A DNA stretch of 64,000 bases from Oxalobacteraceae bacterium (GTDB lineage: Bacteria; Pseudomonadota; Gammaproteobacteria; Burkholderiales; Burkholderiaceae_D), in assembly GCA_947374865.1 (NCBI GenBank), contig CANCDR010000010.1, forward strand, positions 20,319-84,318. The letters run 5' to 3'. Shown here piece after piece: positions 26,885 through 36,295 of the stretch (the stretch's first letter is position 1; each line of letters opens with the position of its first letter). The position numbers were made by a program, and so were the translations under genes. The notes under the pieces were generated by a model that had not been told where the DNA came from, ran no database searches, and was given only the letters and a program-made list of their open reading frames with translations.

Positions 26885-27033
26885 TGAATTGTCCCAGAAG
26901 ATGGAGATCCGCTCCCAGCTCCACTACATTCAGGTGAAATACAGGAAGCCCCTGGAAAAATTATGCCGCAATTTGATTAACAAAATGGAAAGTTAAAGGT
27001 TTAAATTTTTGCGTGTCGACTGCTATCGACACG

Positions 27034-27075
27034 CAAAAAAATACGGCCTCCAAAGCAAACAATGCTTTGGAGGCC
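27034..27075 (-). terminator. Intrinsic terminator of tRNA-Leu
   Basis: Perfect 13-bp stem GGCCTCCAAAGCA/TGCTTTGGAGGCC (27045..27075), followed on the - strand by GTATTTTTTT. Confidence 0.8.
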
Positions 27076-27085
27076 GCATCAATAT

Positions 27086-27178
27086 TGGTACCTGAGACCG
27101 GACTTGAACCGGGACGCCCCCTCTCGGGTAAGCGGCGGATTTTAAGTCCGCTGTGTCTACCAATTTCACCACTCAGGC
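27086..27178 (-). tRNA. tRNA-Leu (anticodon TAA), type II with a long variable arm
   Basis: The - strand reads GCCTGAGTGGTGAAATTGGTAGACAC...GCGGA-CTTAAAA-TCCGC...GGTTCAAGTCCGG...CTCAGGT-A-CCA. At 93 nt it is longer than usual, so boundaries should be confirmed with tRNAscan-SE. Confidence 0.8.
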
Positions 27179-27281
27179 GGTGTGAAGTGCGCGTAAATAT
27201 GCCATTTATGCGCAAAATTTACTGCAAACGGATTGTAGCATTTAACCCGTCACTTTGACGCATTCAAGCGTCAGTGCAGGA

Positions 27282-27857
27282 TCAAATACAGGTGATCGCG
27301 ATATTCGTTACCGCTGCTGAGCCCATGGTGGAGGTGCCATTTTTTAACGTGCAGGTCTGGCCGGCTGGCTGCGACAGGATCGCCACGCCATACACCGAGC
27401 CGTCAGAGACCGGCGTAGGCATGGTGAATAAGGAGGTACTACCGGCAATCGTCAGATTATCGGCACCATTCGTGAGCGACAGCCCTTCGCTCGTCAGACC
27501 CGTAATACTTCCACCAACAGTGTACGCATTGAGTGAACAGTAAATGTTTGCCGTGTTAATCGCGATGCCCGTCGTCGTGCCTGCGGCGCCGGAGATCATA
27601 CAAGTCAGACGCGGCGGCTGTGCGTCAATCGTGATGGCATAGGTGCCATGGTCGTCAATTTGTTTTGGAAACACATAGGTCGTAGCATTAATCGGCACCG
27701 CCAGCGACTGGCCGGCGTTGCTGATCACCAGGCCAGAGGTAATCAAACCGCTCACCGCTCCGCCCAGGTTGACCGTCGTATAGCCACCGCAGGCTAGCAG
27801 TGTGAGCGTCAGTAAGCTTGCGAATAAATACCCTGTCTTTTTTACAGCATTCTTCAT
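27282..27857 (-). CDS. Lipoprotein C: two tandem Cys-bracketed domains (paralogue of 25527..26108)
   Basis: Lipobox LTLLACGG. It shares long blocks with A: ACGGY.TV.LGG.V.GL, TTTGIAI.TA, VYGVAILSQPAGQTCT.KNGT. Confidence 0.75.
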   Translation of the reverse strand: MKNAVKKTGYLFASLLTLTLLACGGYTTVNLGGAVSGLITSGLVISNAGQSLAVPINATTYVFPKQIDDHGTYAITIDAQPPRLTCMISGAAGTTTGIAINTANIYCSLNAYTVGGSITGLTSEGLSLTNGADNLTIAGSTSLFTMPTPVSDGSVYGVAILSQPAGQTCTLKNGTSTMGSAAVTNIAITCI

Positions 27858-27894
27858 TTTCTCTCCGAGTGACCAACATGGTCAGCAGTAATCA

Positions 27895-28482
27895 TTAGGC
27901 TTTTGTGCAGGTGACATTCACCGTGGTGACGTCTATTTGACCCATCGTGGCAGCACCATTCGTAACGCTGCAGATCTGTCCGGCGGGCTGAGTCAGTACG
28001 GTGACACCATAAGTAACGCCAGCCATGACTTTGTTGGGAAAGACAAACGTGCTCGAGTTAGCCGTTACAGCGACCGTGTTGGCGCCATTCGCCAGCACCA
28101 GTCCACTGCCGGTCAGGCCAGTGATTTTTCCACCTAAATTATTATTTGTTGCGCACGTGACAACGATCGCAGTAGTGTCGCTGTAACCGGCGGTACCGGC
28201 GCCATTCGCGACCAAACAGGTGTACCCTGCAGGCGGCGACAACACAGTGACGTTGTAGCTGATGCCTAAGTTCATGCGATTAGGAAAAGAGAAGGTCGTC
28301 GAGCCCATCGGAATATTGACCGTGCTCAGCCCATTGCTCAGCGACAGGTTGCCGGTCGTCAGGCCACTGACCGTACCGCTCATGACGACGGTGTTAATGT
28401 CAGAGGAACCGCCACATGCGGCCAACGATAGCAGCGCACCTACCAAGGCCAATGTTCGCATTGGCTTTAAAAAACCCATCAT
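27895..28482 (-). CDS. Lipoprotein D: two tandem Cys-bracketed domains (paralogue of 26276..26884)
   Basis: ORF 27895..28542. The Met at 28482 (MMGFLKPMRTLALVGALLSLAACGG) is preceded by GGAGAG. It shares SGTVSG....LSLS.GL....P...TTFSFP and QP....C.V.NG.GT blocks with B. Confidence 0.75.
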   Translation of the reverse strand: MMGFLKPMRTLALVGALLSLAACGGSSDINTVVMSGTVSGLTTGNLSLSNGLSTVNIPMGSTTFSFPNRMNLGISYNVTVLSPPAGYTCLVANGAGTAGYSDTTAIVVTCATNNNLGGKITGLTGSGLVLANGANTVAVTANSSTFVFPNKVMAGVTYGVTVLTQPAGQICSVTNGAATMGQIDVTTVNVTCTKA

Positions 28483-28903
28483 GAATCTCTCCAAAAATTG
28501 TGGCTGCAGTGTAATGCAAAAAAGCATTTGATTCAAAATCAAAACGAGATTGTACAGTGCCCGACGGCATTCTTAGCGACTTCTAGAAAAAGCCTTCATT
28601 CAGCGCTATTTCTGAGCCAACATATTACAAGATGAAAAGGTCTATGTGCGCCTATCTGAATCAGCCAAGAAGCCCTTCCCCTATTAAATTGCGCTTTTGC
28701 GCGAAACCTCAATCAAGTTTCTCGCCAGGCATTGCAGCTCGACGAGGATGCCTTTACAAAGAAATACCAGCGACGTCTTCTGCATCCCGCCCTTTTGGTA
28801 GATATCGTCCCGGGAAATGTCTTATCGGCCAATGACACGGGTAGCAGGACGGACTTGCCTTACTAGGTCATGGTGATTACCGAGGAAGTCCGAGGAGAAA
28901 AAG

Positions 28904-29593
28904 ATGCAGCACGATGACATGCATGCGCCATTTGGCCGCTTTAAGGATCGTCAGCATGCTGGCAGCCTGCTGGCACAAAAGCTGCACGCCTATGCTGGTC
29001 ACAGGGATGTGATCGTGGTGGCTTTGTCGCGCGGTGGGGTGCCGGTCGGTTTTGCACTTGCCAAGGCGCTGCATGTGCCGCTGGATGTGATGGTAGTCCG
29101 TAAGCTCGGCGCACCAGGTCATGCGGAATATGCCATCGGGGCGCTCGCCAGCGGTGGTCAGCGGGTATTGCAGGATGAAATCATTCAAGCCTTGCACATT
29201 TCGCCGCACATGATCGCCGCAATGACAAAGCAAGAAATGGTGATCATCGAAGCGCGCGAGAAAGCCTATCGCGCCGTGCGACACGCATTGCCTTTGACTG
29301 GACGCACCGTCATCCTCGTCGACGATGGACTGGCGACCGGGACCACCATGCGGGTTGCCATTCAGAAGGTGCGAATGAGCTCACCGGCGCGCCTGATCGT
29401 GGCGGTGCCGGTATCCGCGCGCGAAACCCGCAACGCACTCGCGCCATTGGTGGACGAGCTGATCTGTTTGCGCACGCCAGAACATTTTTATGCTGTCGGT
29501 TTGTGGTACGAGGATTTTGCTCAAACTAGCGATGAAGAGGTCTGCAATTTACTGCGGCAATCGCAAAAAAGACCGTTTTCTCCCTTGCCATGA
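28904..29593 (+). CDS. Phosphoribosyltransferase-fold family protein (function unknown)
   Basis: 229 aa. It has the PRPP-binding-type loop VILVDDGLATGTTMRVAI and an N-terminal F.DR..AG..LA block typical of the 'putative phosphoribosyl transferase' family. Confidence 0.75.
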   Translation: MQHDDMHAPFGRFKDRQHAGSLLAQKLHAYAGHRDVIVVALSRGGVPVGFALAKALHVPLDVMVVRKLGAPGHAEYAIGALASGGQRVLQDEIIQALHISPHMIAAMTKQEMVIIEAREKAYRAVRHALPLTGRTVILVDDGLATGTTMRVAIQKVRMSSPARLIVAVPVSARETRNALAPLVDELICLRTPEHFYAVGLWYEDFAQTSDEEVCNLLRQSQKRPFSPLP

Positions 29594-29665
29594 AGAGCGC
29601 AGGAGAAGCCGTCTTCTGTGCATTTCGCCACTCCAGCAACGCATGGAGTGGCCTGTTTCATTTGC

Positions 29666-31738
29666 TCAAAGGATCAGGTTGACTGAGGAAACGCCAATCA
29701 AGCCCAGGGCTTCCGTCATATCCGTTGGCGAGATGGCACCCGCGATCGCCATGCCTTGCGTGATCGAGGCATCGGCAGTGGCAAAACTGAGTCCCCAGTC
29801 GACGGCAAATTTCTGCGCCACGGCAATTTTATTATCGAGCAAATTGGCGACCCAGCCCCAGGTCGCATCGCCTTTGTAGGCATGTGCGCCACCCAAGATT
29901 GCTGATACCAGTGAGCCGCGTGTTTCTGTGCCGGCAACGAGCAGATCGCTCCAGTATTTCATGCCGCCTTCGTCCGCACCTTCTGGGCGGCCCAGTACAT
30001 TTTTATAGACCACATTGATGAAATCCGCCGTCGTCATGCTGGCACTAAAGCCGGTCAGGCTGGCATATTGCACGCCAACACCGTAAAACGTCTCGGCGAT
30101 CTGCTTGGTCGTTTGTCCGCCGGTGAGCTGATCGATCCAGTAGGCCATACCATCACCGTCCGGAATCCGGTTAAAGAAAGCGACGTACAGCTCCATCAGA
30201 CGCTGCACATCGGCCGCCGGTGCCGCTGCGGCCTTGGCCTGCACCGTCAGATTCACCGTCAGATCAGCAAATTTGAGTGATTCCACGTTGGTAATGAGGT
30301 CAATCCCGTCCTTGCCCGAGTTATCGGTGACCTGGTAGGTTGAGCCGGAATGTCGCAGCGTATAGTTAGCCAGATTGCCGCTAAAGACGAGCGTATCAAA
30401 GCCAGCGCCGCCATTGACGACGTCATTGAGTTCAGTGGTTTTAAGGGTGTCAGGACCGTTGGTACCGTTAATGACTGGCGCAGCCACGACCAGCGGATCA
30501 ACGATCGCCAGAGAGGCCCCTAAAATAATTTTGTCGATGACCTGCTTAGCCGTTGCATTCGGCGATTGCTGAAACAGTAAGGCGGCCAATCCGGCGACAT
30601 AAGCCGACGCGGTCGCACTATCGCCATCTTTTGAGGTGGCATAGCTGCCATCACTGGTCGGCACATAGCCGGTCGAGCTTGCCAATACCCAAGGGAATGG
30701 TGTTGTACCCGGCAGATTGGCGGTATCCACGGGTAATGCAGTCAGCGAATTGTAATTGCCTACATCAATGCATTCACTGCTCGTCAGTGCACTCAACCCA
30801 GGACCGCTTGGTCCCACATTGCCAAAGTCACCGCCCATGACGACGACCACAACATTATGTACATACGCATTATGAATAGCGCTGGCAACGGTGGCGAAAA
30901 ATGCGCTATTGAGGGTACTTTGCACAGGAAGGCAGATCACCTTGGCACCGTTATCGACGGCGTAATTGATGCCCTTGACGATGTTGCCCAATGTCGAGCC
31001 ACTCGCGTCACCGATACGCACATTGAGAATCGATGCGTCTGGCGCTACGCCCTGCGTATCTTGCCCCGTGCGCGTGGTGTGGCTAGCAGCAATGACCGAT
31101 GCCAGTCCGAGCGCATGATCTTGATTGACGCCGGCGCTGGGTTGGGGATTGGTGTCATTATCGACAAAGTCATAGCCGCCAGTAATATTGCTATTAATTT
31201 CTGCATTGGCCGCGATGCCCAAATCGAGCACGGCAACAGTCACGCCCTTACCCGTAATACCTGCCGTCCAGGCTGATGGCGCATGAATCAGATTTAGCGC
31301 TAGATTATTGTTTTGACCGCTCGTCGCCAATGCCGCACCGGTATCCTTAACACCGAGTGAGGTCGCGACATTAATTAAACCAAAGCCCCGCGTTGCAGAC
31401 CAGTCGTCGGTAGTGGTGCGGATAATTCTGCCAGTGACTTCCTGAAAGTTATTCGCCGTATCGGTAACGTTAATATCTCCCGAGGTTTCAGGAAAAAACT
31501 TAAAGCCGATTAATCCATCACCCGACTTGACCTCCCAGACATGACTCGACATCGACGCTTCGACGACTTTTTGCCCTGGCAAAATGGTCGCAAATGGGAC
31601 TTCGAGGCCGTTACGATCCAGCCAATAAATACTTAGGATGGAGGCCGAGTTATTAGTGAGGGTAAATTCAACCGGAGCGCCATTGTCGGCACTGATCACT
31701 TTGGAGGTAATTGGTAGAAAACTAATGGTGGAGGCCAT
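29666..31738 (-). CDS. Leaderless subtilisin-like (S8) serine protease with an N-terminal VHL-beta-like region, an RTX-like segment and a C-terminal DUF4214-like module
   Basis: 690 aa. Catalytic contexts are VAVLDLGI (Asp), NQDHALGLASVIAA (His) and DGDSATASAYVAGLAALL (Ser). It also has GGAGFDTLVF, and the C-terminal LYVAFFNRIPDGDGMAYWIDQL ... VYKNVLGRPEGADEGGMKYWSDLL. There is no signal peptide. Confidence 0.8.
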   Translation of the reverse strand: MASTISFLPITSKVISADNGAPVEFTLTNNSASILSIYWLDRNGLEVPFATILPGQKVVEASMSSHVWEVKSGDGLIGFKFFPETSGDINVTDTANNFQEVTGRIIRTTTDDWSATRGFGLINVATSLGVKDTGAALATSGQNNNLALNLIHAPSAWTAGITGKGVTVAVLDLGIAANAEINSNITGGYDFVDNDTNPQPSAGVNQDHALGLASVIAASHTTRTGQDTQGVAPDASILNVRIGDASGSTLGNIVKGINYAVDNGAKVICLPVQSTLNSAFFATVASAIHNAYVHNVVVVVMGGDFGNVGPSGPGLSALTSSECIDVGNYNSLTALPVDTANLPGTTPFPWVLASSTGYVPTSDGSYATSKDGDSATASAYVAGLAALLFQQSPNATAKQVIDKIILGASLAIVDPLVVAAPVINGTNGPDTLKTTELNDVVNGGAGFDTLVFSGNLANYTLRHSGSTYQVTDNSGKDGIDLITNVESLKFADLTVNLTVQAKAAAAPAADVQRLMELYVAFFNRIPDGDGMAYWIDQLTGGQTTKQIAETFYGVGVQYASLTGFSASMTTADFINVVYKNVLGRPEGADEGGMKYWSDLLVAGTETRGSLVSAILGGAHAYKGDATWGWVANLLDNKIAVAQKFAVDWGLSFATADASITQGMAIAGAISPTDMTEALGLIGVSSVNLIL

Positions 31739-31989
31739 CGTGACTCTTTTCTTTAAATTGGTGATGAATACGCTATATCTGTATTTTTAATCAAAACGCG
31801 CCGTCGCCTTTGCTCAGTTACCGGCACTTTCCCGCGCTTGTTCAATTTTGAAGGGGGACATTACAGAAAATTACACTGTCAGTTGCCAACAGATCATACA
31901 TTTTCCGTAACAAAATGGGGAAATTATGTAGGCAATAAGAATACAATATTCTTATAGGCAATAATTAAGCGCTAGATTTAATGGGATTT

Positions 31990-32063
31990 TGGAGGCGGGG
32001 GTCGGGATCGAACCGGCGTCTACGGCTTTGCAGGCCGCTGCATAACCACTTTGCTACCCCGCC
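31990..32063 (-). tRNA. tRNA-Cys (anticodon GCA)
   Basis: 74 nt. The - strand reads GGCGGGGTAGCAAAGTGG...CCTGCAAAG...GGTTCGATCCCGACCCCCGCC-T-CCA. Confidence 0.9.
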
Positions 32064-32162
32064 ATGGGGACACAGCCTGAACTGCAGCTGTGAAGGTCTG
32101 AAATACGCAGGGCACATAAGGAATGCACCCTTAATACTAAGCGAAAAGACGCTTTTAAAATG

Positions 32163-32238
32163 TGGAGCGGGAGAAGAGTCTCGAACTCTCGACCTCAACC
32201 TTGGCAAGGTTGCGCTCTACCAACTGAGCTACTCCCGC
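32163..32238 (-). tRNA. tRNA-Gly (anticodon GCC), copy 1
   Basis: 76 nt. The - strand reads GCGGGAGTAGCTCAGTTGGTAGAGCGCAACCTTGCCAAGGTTGAGGTCGAGAGTTCGAGACTCTTCTCCCGC-T-CCA. Confidence 0.92.
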
Positions 32239-32348
32239 GTTGTCTTACAAAATCACTACCACCGAACTCAAATACAAGCTGCTTAAAAAAACAGCAGCAA
32301 ACCACCCCGCAATAAAAAAAGGAAGCCGGTAAGCTTCCTATCCGAATT

Positions 32349-32424
32349 TGGAGCGGGAGAAGAGTCTCGAACTCTCGACCTCAACCTTGGCAAGGTTGCG
32401 CTCTACCAACTGAGCTACTCCCGC
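32349..32424 (-). tRNA. tRNA-Gly (anticodon GCC), copy 2
   Basis: Identical in sequence to 32163..32238. Confidence 0.92.
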
Positions 32425-32538
32425 ATGAACAACAGCCACGGATTATAAAGTAATGCCGCTCCATGTCAAGCAAAGTCGCCTTAAAAGTTTGACATTTTTG
32501 CCTTCATTTAGCTCTGTCAGCGGTGGAAGCTTACGCTG

Positions 32539-33120
32539 TTACGTTCCACCGTTACGCTCCTTGATCATCGGCCAAGCCTTGCGCAAATAATAAAGCATGG
32601 ACCAGACCGTGAGCACGGTGGCGATATTGAGCAGCCAGGATCCCAGCGCCGGGGTCCAAATGTCGCCCAACAGCATGTCGTAGTACAGCAGCATGGGAAT
32701 CGCGACCATCTGCGCGATCGTCTTGATCTTACCTAATGAACTGACGGCGATTGATTTTGACGCGCCAATTTGCGCCATCCATTCGCGTAGCGCCGATATG
32801 GCAATTTCGCGGCCAATAATCACGAAGGCAATCACGGCATCGACGCGCCCCAGCTGGACCAATACCAGCAAGGCGCCGGCGACCATGAGTTTGTCGGCGA
32901 CCGGATCGAGAAAGGCGCCAAAGGACGAAGTCTGATTCCAGCGCCGCGCCAGAAAGCCATCAATCCAGTCCGTCAAGGCGGCGACGACGAAAATCGTGGT
33001 CGATGCCACGCCCTGATAAAACGGCGACAGCCAGTCAGGCGGCAAATAAAATACGCCCACCACGAGGGGAATGAGCGCCATTCGAAGCCAGGTCAGCAAA
33101 ATGGGAATATTGAAAGGCAT
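32539..33120 (-). CDS. pgsA: CDP-diacylglycerol--glycerol-3-phosphate 3-phosphatidyltransferase
   Basis: CDP-alcohol phosphotransferase motif DGFLARRWNQTSSFGAFLDPVADK. The preferred start is MPFNIPILLTWLR. Position downstream of uvrC and next to tRNA-Gly/Cys matches E. coli. Confidence 0.9.
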   Translation of the reverse strand: MPFNIPILLTWLRMALIPLVVGVFYLPPDWLSPFYQGVASTTIFVVAALTDWIDGFLARRWNQTSSFGAFLDPVADKLMVAGALLVLVQLGRVDAVIAFVIIGREIAISALREWMAQIGASKSIAVSSLGKIKTIAQMVAIPMLLYYDMLLGDIWTPALGSWLLNIATVLTVWSMLYYLRKAWPMIKERNGGT

Positions 33121-33170
33121 AAAATTCAATTCAGATGGAAAGAAAGCAATCAAGCTGATAGTGTACTAAT

Positions 33171-35090
33171 TTAATGCAATTGCTTGTAGATATCTTCTGC
33201 TAACTGACGCGAGATGCCTTCCACCGTTGTCAGATCCTCAACGCTGGCGTCCATCACGCCGCGCAGGCCACCGAAACGGGCGAGCAATTTTTGCCGCCGC
33301 TTTGCACCAATGCCTTCGATTTCTTCCAGTCGTGAGGTTTGCCGCGCCTTGGCCCGCTTGGCCCGCATGCCGGTAATGGCGAAGCGATGTGCCTCGTCGC
33401 GGATCTGCGCGATCAACATCAGGGCCGCTGACTGCTTACCCAGTTCCTGCGCGGCGCGGCCATCGGCAAAGATTAGCGTCTCCAGACCAACCCGCCGCCC
33501 CTCGCCCTTGGCCACGCCGACGATCAAGCTAATATCGAGACCGAGCTCGGACAAAACCTGACGCGCCATTTCAACCTGCCCCTTACCACCATCAACGAGC
33601 ACAATCTCCGGCATGACGCCGTCGCCGTTGGCGACTTTTTCATAGCGCCGCATGAGCACCTGACGCATCGCCGCATAATCGTCGCCAGGCGTGATGTCGT
33701 TGATGTTGTAGCGCCGGTATTGCGCATTTTGCATGGCGTGATGTTGAAAGACGACGCACGAAGCCTGGGTCGCTTCGCCCTGGGTATGACTGATATCAAA
33801 ACATTCCACGCGCAGTAAGTCGATGTCGGGCAGATCAAGCCCCAAGGCATCGGCCAGGGCGCGGGTGCGTGACTGCTGTGAGCCCTGCTCCGAAAGTAAG
33901 CGAGCGAGCGCAATCTGGGCGCCCTTCTGCGCCATCTCCAGCCAGGGACGGCGCGCCTCCTGCGGTTGAAATACCAGATGAATGCGATGCCCGCATTGCT
34001 CTGACAAGGCTAATATCAGCGCCGGTTCGTCGAGTTCGACGTTCAGGATCAGGGTGCCGGGGATGAAGGTATCGATGTAATGCTGCGCCAGAAAAGCCTT
34101 GAGTACCTCTTGGCTGATGTGATCGTCATCGCTGACGGATACATCCACGTGGGTGGGAAAATACGCCCGGTCACCCAGATGACGGCCACCGCGTACCATT
34201 GCCAGATTCACGCAGGCCCTGCCCCCTTCCACGACGACGGCAATGATGTCGAGATCGGCATCGCCGACGGTTTCCATGCTTTGCTGGTGCAGAATGCGCG
34301 ACAGCGCTGAGATTTGATTACGCGCCAGTGCGGCCTGCTCAAACTTCAATTCACCCGCCAGGGCGTGCATCTTTTGTTCCAGCGTTTGCATGACTTCGCC
34401 CTGACGTCCGCGCAAAAATTTGGCGGCGTTGTCGACATCGGCGGCATAGTCTTGCGGACTAATCGCGTTCACACACGGACCACTGCAGCGATGAATCTGA
34501 TGCAGCAGACAGGGCCGGGTACGATTGGCAAATACCGAATCTTCGCAGCTGCGCAGTAAAAAAACCTTCTGCAAAATTTGCATCGATTCCTTGACCGCCC
34601 AGGCACTCGGGAAGGGGCCAAAGAACTGATTTTTTTTATCCACCGCGCCACGGTAATACAGCATGCGCGGCGAAGCCTCGTTGGTAATTTTGAGATAAGG
34701 GTAAGATTTATCGTCGCGAAACAGAATGTTGTAGCGAGGTTGCAGCGATTTGATCAGGTTATTTTCCAGCAGCAGTGCCTCGGCTTCACTGCGCGTGACC
34801 GTCGTTTCCAGACGCACGATACGCTCAACCATCATGGCAATCCGCGGACTGGCCAGGGTCTTTTGAAAATAACTCGCGACGCGTTTTTTTAAGTCGCGCG
34901 CCTTGCCGACGTAGAGCACCCGGTCTTCGCTGTCAAAGTAGCGATACACGCCGGGCAGATGCGGCAGTTTGGCGACGGTCGCCAGCACGATGGCGCGCCG
35001 ATCGTCGACGACCTCCTTGGCAGGCGGATTTGGCGCAGCAGTGCCCTCCTCCACCGGCGACCTTGCATCAGATGGCGTGGTCGATGTCAC
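33171..35090 (-). CDS. uvrC: Excinuclease ABC subunit C
   Basis: 639 aa. GIY-YIG start (PGVYRYFD...VLYVGKA), UVR domain and C-terminal HhH ([13 protein letters not shown]). The GTG start overlaps the acpS stop. Confidence 0.95.
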   Translation of the reverse strand: MTSTTPSDARSPVEEGTAAPNPPAKEVVDDRRAIVLATVAKLPHLPGVYRYFDSEDRVLYVGKARDLKKRVASYFQKTLASPRIAMMVERIVRLETTVTRSEAEALLLENNLIKSLQPRYNILFRDDKSYPYLKITNEASPRMLYYRGAVDKKNQFFGPFPSAWAVKESMQILQKVFLLRSCEDSVFANRTRPCLLHQIHRCSGPCVNAISPQDYAADVDNAAKFLRGRQGEVMQTLEQKMHALAGELKFEQAALARNQISALSRILHQQSMETVGDADLDIIAVVVEGGRACVNLAMVRGGRHLGDRAYFPTHVDVSVSDDDHISQEVLKAFLAQHYIDTFIPGTLILNVELDEPALILALSEQCGHRIHLVFQPQEARRPWLEMAQKGAQIALARLLSEQGSQQSRTRALADALGLDLPDIDLLRVECFDISHTQGEATQASCVVFQHHAMQNAQYRRYNINDITPGDDYAAMRQVLMRRYEKVANGDGVMPEIVLVDGGKGQVEMARQVLSELGLDISLIVGVAKGEGRRVGLETLIFADGRAAQELGKQSAALMLIAQIRDEAHRFAITGMRAKRAKARQTSRLEEIEGIGAKRRQKLLARFGGLRGVMDASVEDLTTVEGISRQLAEDIYKQLH

Positions 35091-35527
35091 TGGCGCAGCT
35101 CACGCGTAAGACTGGCCGGATCGACGACTTTTTCGACCACTTTTTCAACCACTACAAAGGCCACCGCGTAGTCGACCTCATCGCTGATACTCACCTGCGC
35201 GATCAAACCATTCTGGGTCATGAAGTCAGCCAGCACGCCGCTAGTCAACGCCACCGGTTTGCCACTTGATGTATTGAGAACCTGCATGGCACGCCAGCTC
35301 ATGGGCATACGCATGCCCAAACCGAGCGCTTTCGAAAACGCTTCCTTGGCGGCGAAGCGAGTCGCCAGATAGCGCACGCCACGCGAAGCCACTTTGGCAC
35401 TGCGACGCTGATACTCCTGCAATTCTTCTGGACCTAAAATTTTTTCAGCCAGCCGGTGTCCTCTGCGCGCGAGACTATCCATCAGACGCGCAATCCGCAG
35501 GATGTCGGTGCCAATGCCGTAGATCAC
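35087..35527 (-). CDS. acpS: Holo-[acyl-carrier-protein] synthase
   Basis: [14 protein letters not shown]..., [12 protein letters not shown]. The GTG at 35527 overlaps the pdxJ stop (GTGA). The longer ORF to 35593 runs into pdxJ. Confidence 0.85.
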   Translation of the reverse strand: MIYGIGTDILRIARLMDSLARRGHRLAEKILGPEELQEYQRRSAKVASRGVRYLATRFAAKEAFSKALGLGMRMPMSWRAMQVLNTSSGKPVALTSGVLADFMTQNGLIAQVSISDEVDYAVAFVVVEKVVEKVVDPASLTRELRQ

Positions 35528-36291
35528 ACCCGGCTCGCCGACAGTCGTGCCTGCAGCATAATGGCCTTCATCTCGCGCACGGCATTTTCCCAACCCACAA
35601 ACAGCGCGTGGGCAACGATGGCATGGCCGATATTGAGCTCAACAATATCCGGTAAGGCGGCGATGGCCTGTACGTTCGTGTAATGTAAGCCGTGTCCTGC
35701 GTTGACGATCAGGCCATGCTGCACACCGCGCAACACACCTTCTCGAACACGTTGTAACTCGATCTCTTGTTCGTGTGCGTTGTGCGCATCGGCGTAGCGT
35801 CCGGTGTGTAATTCAATGACCGGTGCGCCGGCTTCGGCTGCTGCGGCGATTTGCTCATCATCGGCATCGATAAATAAAGAGACACGAATACCGGCCTCGC
35901 TGAGCTGCCGCACTGCCGCCTGCACTTTAGTGAAATGCGACCGAACATCGAGCCCGCCTTCGGTGGTGATCTCGGCCCGATTTTCCGGTACCAGACACAC
36001 GTCTTGCGGTAATACGCGGCAGGCAAAATCGAGCATGGCATTCGTTACCGCCGATTCAAAATTCATGCGCGTGGTGAGCTGCGCGCGAATGATTTCGACG
36101 TCGGCGTCCTTGATATGCCGTCGGTCTTCGCGCAGATGGAGGGTGATACCGTCAGCGCCCGCCTGCTCGGCCAGTAAGGCGGCCTTAAGCGGATCAGGGT
36201 ACGTCGTGCCGCGCGCATTCCGCAGGGTCGCCACATGATCGATATTGACACCGAGGGCGAGAGTGCCGGGAACTGGGGAGAGAAAGCTCAT
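35524..36291 (-). CDS. pdxJ: Pyridoxine 5'-phosphate synthase
   Basis: [47 protein letters not shown]. Confidence 0.95.
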   Translation of the reverse strand: MSFLSPVPGTLALGVNIDHVATLRNARGTTYPDPLKAALLAEQAGADGITLHLREDRRHIKDADVEIIRAQLTTRMNFESAVTNAMLDFACRVLPQDVCLVPENRAEITTEGGLDVRSHFTKVQAAVRQLSEAGIRVSLFIDADDEQIAAAAEAGAPVIELHTGRYADAHNAHEQEIELQRVREGVLRGVQHGLIVNAGHGLHYTNVQAIAALPDIVELNIGHAIVAHALFVGWENAVREMKAIMLQARLSASRV

Positions 36292-36295
36292 AATG

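Noticed and set aside
27011-27034. The perfect 9-bp hairpin GCGTGTCGA-CTGCTA-TCGACACGC next to the tRNA-Leu terminator.
   Set aside because: The T-runs precede the stem rather than follow it on both strands, so it is not a terminator. No function could be assigned. It is possibly just part of the tRNA 3' trailer.
26961-27258. ORFs overlapping tRNA-Leu (26961..27215 -, 27013..27258 +), and similarly 31965..32286 overlapping tRNA-Cys/Gly.
   Set aside because: They are explained by the tRNA genes and their terminators.
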